64,000 nucleotides of DNA, from assembly GCA_009758405.1 (NCBI GenBank), contig WSBC01000008.1:16705-80704 (forward strand), given 5' to 3'. Both the position numbers and the translations under genes were made by a program. The notes beneath the pieces were generated by a model. The model worked only from the letters and a program-made list of their open reading frames with translations, had not been told where the DNA came from and searched no databases. The stretch is from Methanobacteriota archaeon. Lineage in GTDB: Archaea; Thermoplasmatota; Thermoplasmata; Thermoplasmatales; ARK-15. Positions 62,389 to 64,000 of this stretch are shown here, piece after piece; within the stretch, counting starts at the first letter, position 1, and every line of letters starts with the position of its first letter.

Positions 62389-63032
62389 TTTTTTAAAATA
62401 AAAATTTCCGATCTTTCAATTTATTTTTCATATATTAAATCTTTTTTTTAGATAAGAGTTATGTGGAGCTTTTTAATTATTTGCTTTTTTTGCATTTTGA
62501 TATTAATTTAATTTTTTCCTTACAATATCCGCTACTATTTTTATTATTTTATTCTTTTTTCATATAAAAGGTTGGTAATTTTTGCATTCATTTTTCACAT
62601 AACTCTTTATTACTTTGTTCTTGCATTAAAATATATAATATAAATTATATAATTTATGTCAAACCATAACTCATCAGCATCATTAAAAATTTAAAACCTG
62701 AATATTCTTTTATTTTTAAGCATATTTAACCCTCTATTAAAATTATGATTTTTCAAAATTTTCTTTATTTAACATACAAATATGTCCTTGAATTATCAAC
62801 TTAATAATATTATAAAAATTATTTAGTAAAATTTACTGAAAAAAATTAAATAGTGAATAGATATATAAGATATAGATAAGTATGATATATAACATAAATT
62901 CTATTTATATATACAATATTCCTGAAAAGCCTGAGTTGAAAAAAGTTTATCTTTTAAAAATTTTCAAGAATCATGTTATAAAGGTATTTCTCAAATTGGT
63001 TTAATGATAAATTCAAAGTGGTGATATAATAG

Positions 63033-64000
63033 ATGAATGGATATCTTAAAAAAATTATAGCTTCTAGGGCTCTGCTTAGTTATAGTTATGGTTTTCTTAA
63101 TGTTTTACTTAGCTTATATTTAAAATCCTTAGGTTTTTCTTTTCTCTCTATTGGTATAATTTTAGGAACTGCAATAATAATTAATGCAATTCTTGCACTT
63201 TTTTTGTCTATGATTGCGGATCATTATGGTAGGAGAAATTTTCTAATAATTCTCTTTGTATTTTTTAGTATTTCTGCATTCCTTTTTCTTTATACAAAAA
63301 ATCTTTTTATCCTTGCGCTACTCTCAGGACTGGGGGGATTTACTGGAACTGGTGGAGGGCCGATAGGTTCTGGTGGACCCTTTGGAGCCATACAGAGCGC
63401 AATGATAACAGAATATACAAAGAGAGAGAATTTTTCAAAAATATTGGGGATTGCATCAGCCATAGGCATGATATCTAGTGTTCTTGGATCTTTCACAATA
63501 ACTGCTGTTGAAATATTTGGTATAAATGTATATTTATTATTTTACATTGCATCGATCCTTGGAATCTTGGCAGCTGGGATTACAGTCTTTATTAAGGATA
63601 CTGGACTAAGGTCTAAGCATATACTTCCAAAAATTTCATGGAGAAACATTATTAAACTTTCATTACCCACAATACCTTCAGGAATAGGTGCAGGATTAAT
63701 AAATCCTATATTTTCTCTCTGGTTTTCTTTGAGATTTCATCTTACTCCGGGTCAGATTGGAATTATTTTTGGCATTGCCAATATATTCACCACTATTATG
63801 ATGCTTTTAATTCCTATGATAATTAAAAAGGAGAGTGAACTTAAGACGATTGTTTGGTCAAGGGTAATTGGTTCAATATCGCTTTTACTTATTGCATTTA
63901 GTCCTTTTATGTTATTAACTGCATTATTATATATTTTAAGGAATGGCTTTCAAATGGGGGCAATACCCATTAGACAATCATTCTCAATGGGAATAGTGGA
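63033..64000 (+). CDS. MFS transporter (runs off the window)
   Basis: Manual translation MNGYLKKIIASRALLSYSYGFLNVLLSLYL...MIADHYGRR (motif A)...GGGPIGSGGPFGAIQSA; GGTGA SD upstream. Confidence 0.88.
   Translation, partial: MNGYLKKIIASRALLSYSYGFLNVLLSLYLKSLGFSFLSIGIILGTAIIINAILALFLSMIADHYGRRNFLIILFVFFSISAFLFLYTKNLFILALLSGLGGFTGTGGGPIGSGGPFGAIQSAMITEYTKRENFSKILGIASAIGMISSVLGSFTITAVEIFGINVYLLFYIASILGILAAGITVFIKDTGLRSKHILPKISWRNIIKLSLPTIPSGIGAGLINPIFSLWFSLRFHLTPGQIGIIFGIANIFTTIMMLLIPMIIKKESELKTIVWSRVIGSISLLLIAFSPFMLLTALLYILRNGFQMGAIPIRQSFSMGIV

Noticed and set aside
62400-63030. Long, very AT-rich spacer as a CRISPR leader or replication origin
   Set aside because: No direct-repeat/spacer array, no ORB-like repeats and no cdc6 nearby; no CRISPR array was seen anywhere in the window.

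Overview
AT-rich archaeal chromosomal segment. Gene content and style (Trm56-HD fusion, Thermoplasmata-type Hjc, PINA, GatDE, PKD-containing oligopeptide-binding protein) point to Thermoplasmata, Aciduliprofundum/Thermoplasmatales-like; the taxonomy is an inference. Most of the window is housekeeping: rpoE-spt4-dpcK-S24e-S27ae, Elp3, TruD, S12-S7-EF2, EF1A-S10, a dpp/opp ABC operon, PurC, class II RNR, TrpB2, GatDE, and three tRNAs (two with introns). A decaying mobile patch at about 21.4-29.3 kb holds an ISH3-family element, an IS110-family element inserted in an amtB remnant, a cluster of frameshifted orphan genes, and an IS607 tnpA/tnpB element inserted in a NifX-like remnant. Best leads: (1) a fluoride riboswitch at 8210-8255 (-) heading an operon of two orphan coiled-coil proteins and an MFS transporter; (2) a bridge-RNA-like structured left end in the IS110 element that carries a 12-nt copy of the element's own right end, with sub-terminal inverted repeats; (3) a bacterial-type queA in an archaeon; (4) a stand-alone structured ncRNA at about 59.29-59.41 kb resembling HgcC/TnpB omega-RNA; (5) a TnpB with a RuvC-III D-to-Q change; (6) a small promoter-bearing hairpin RNA with a C-rich anti-SD-like loop at about 62.03-62.09 kb. 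All calls come from reading motifs by eye; no database searches were run.
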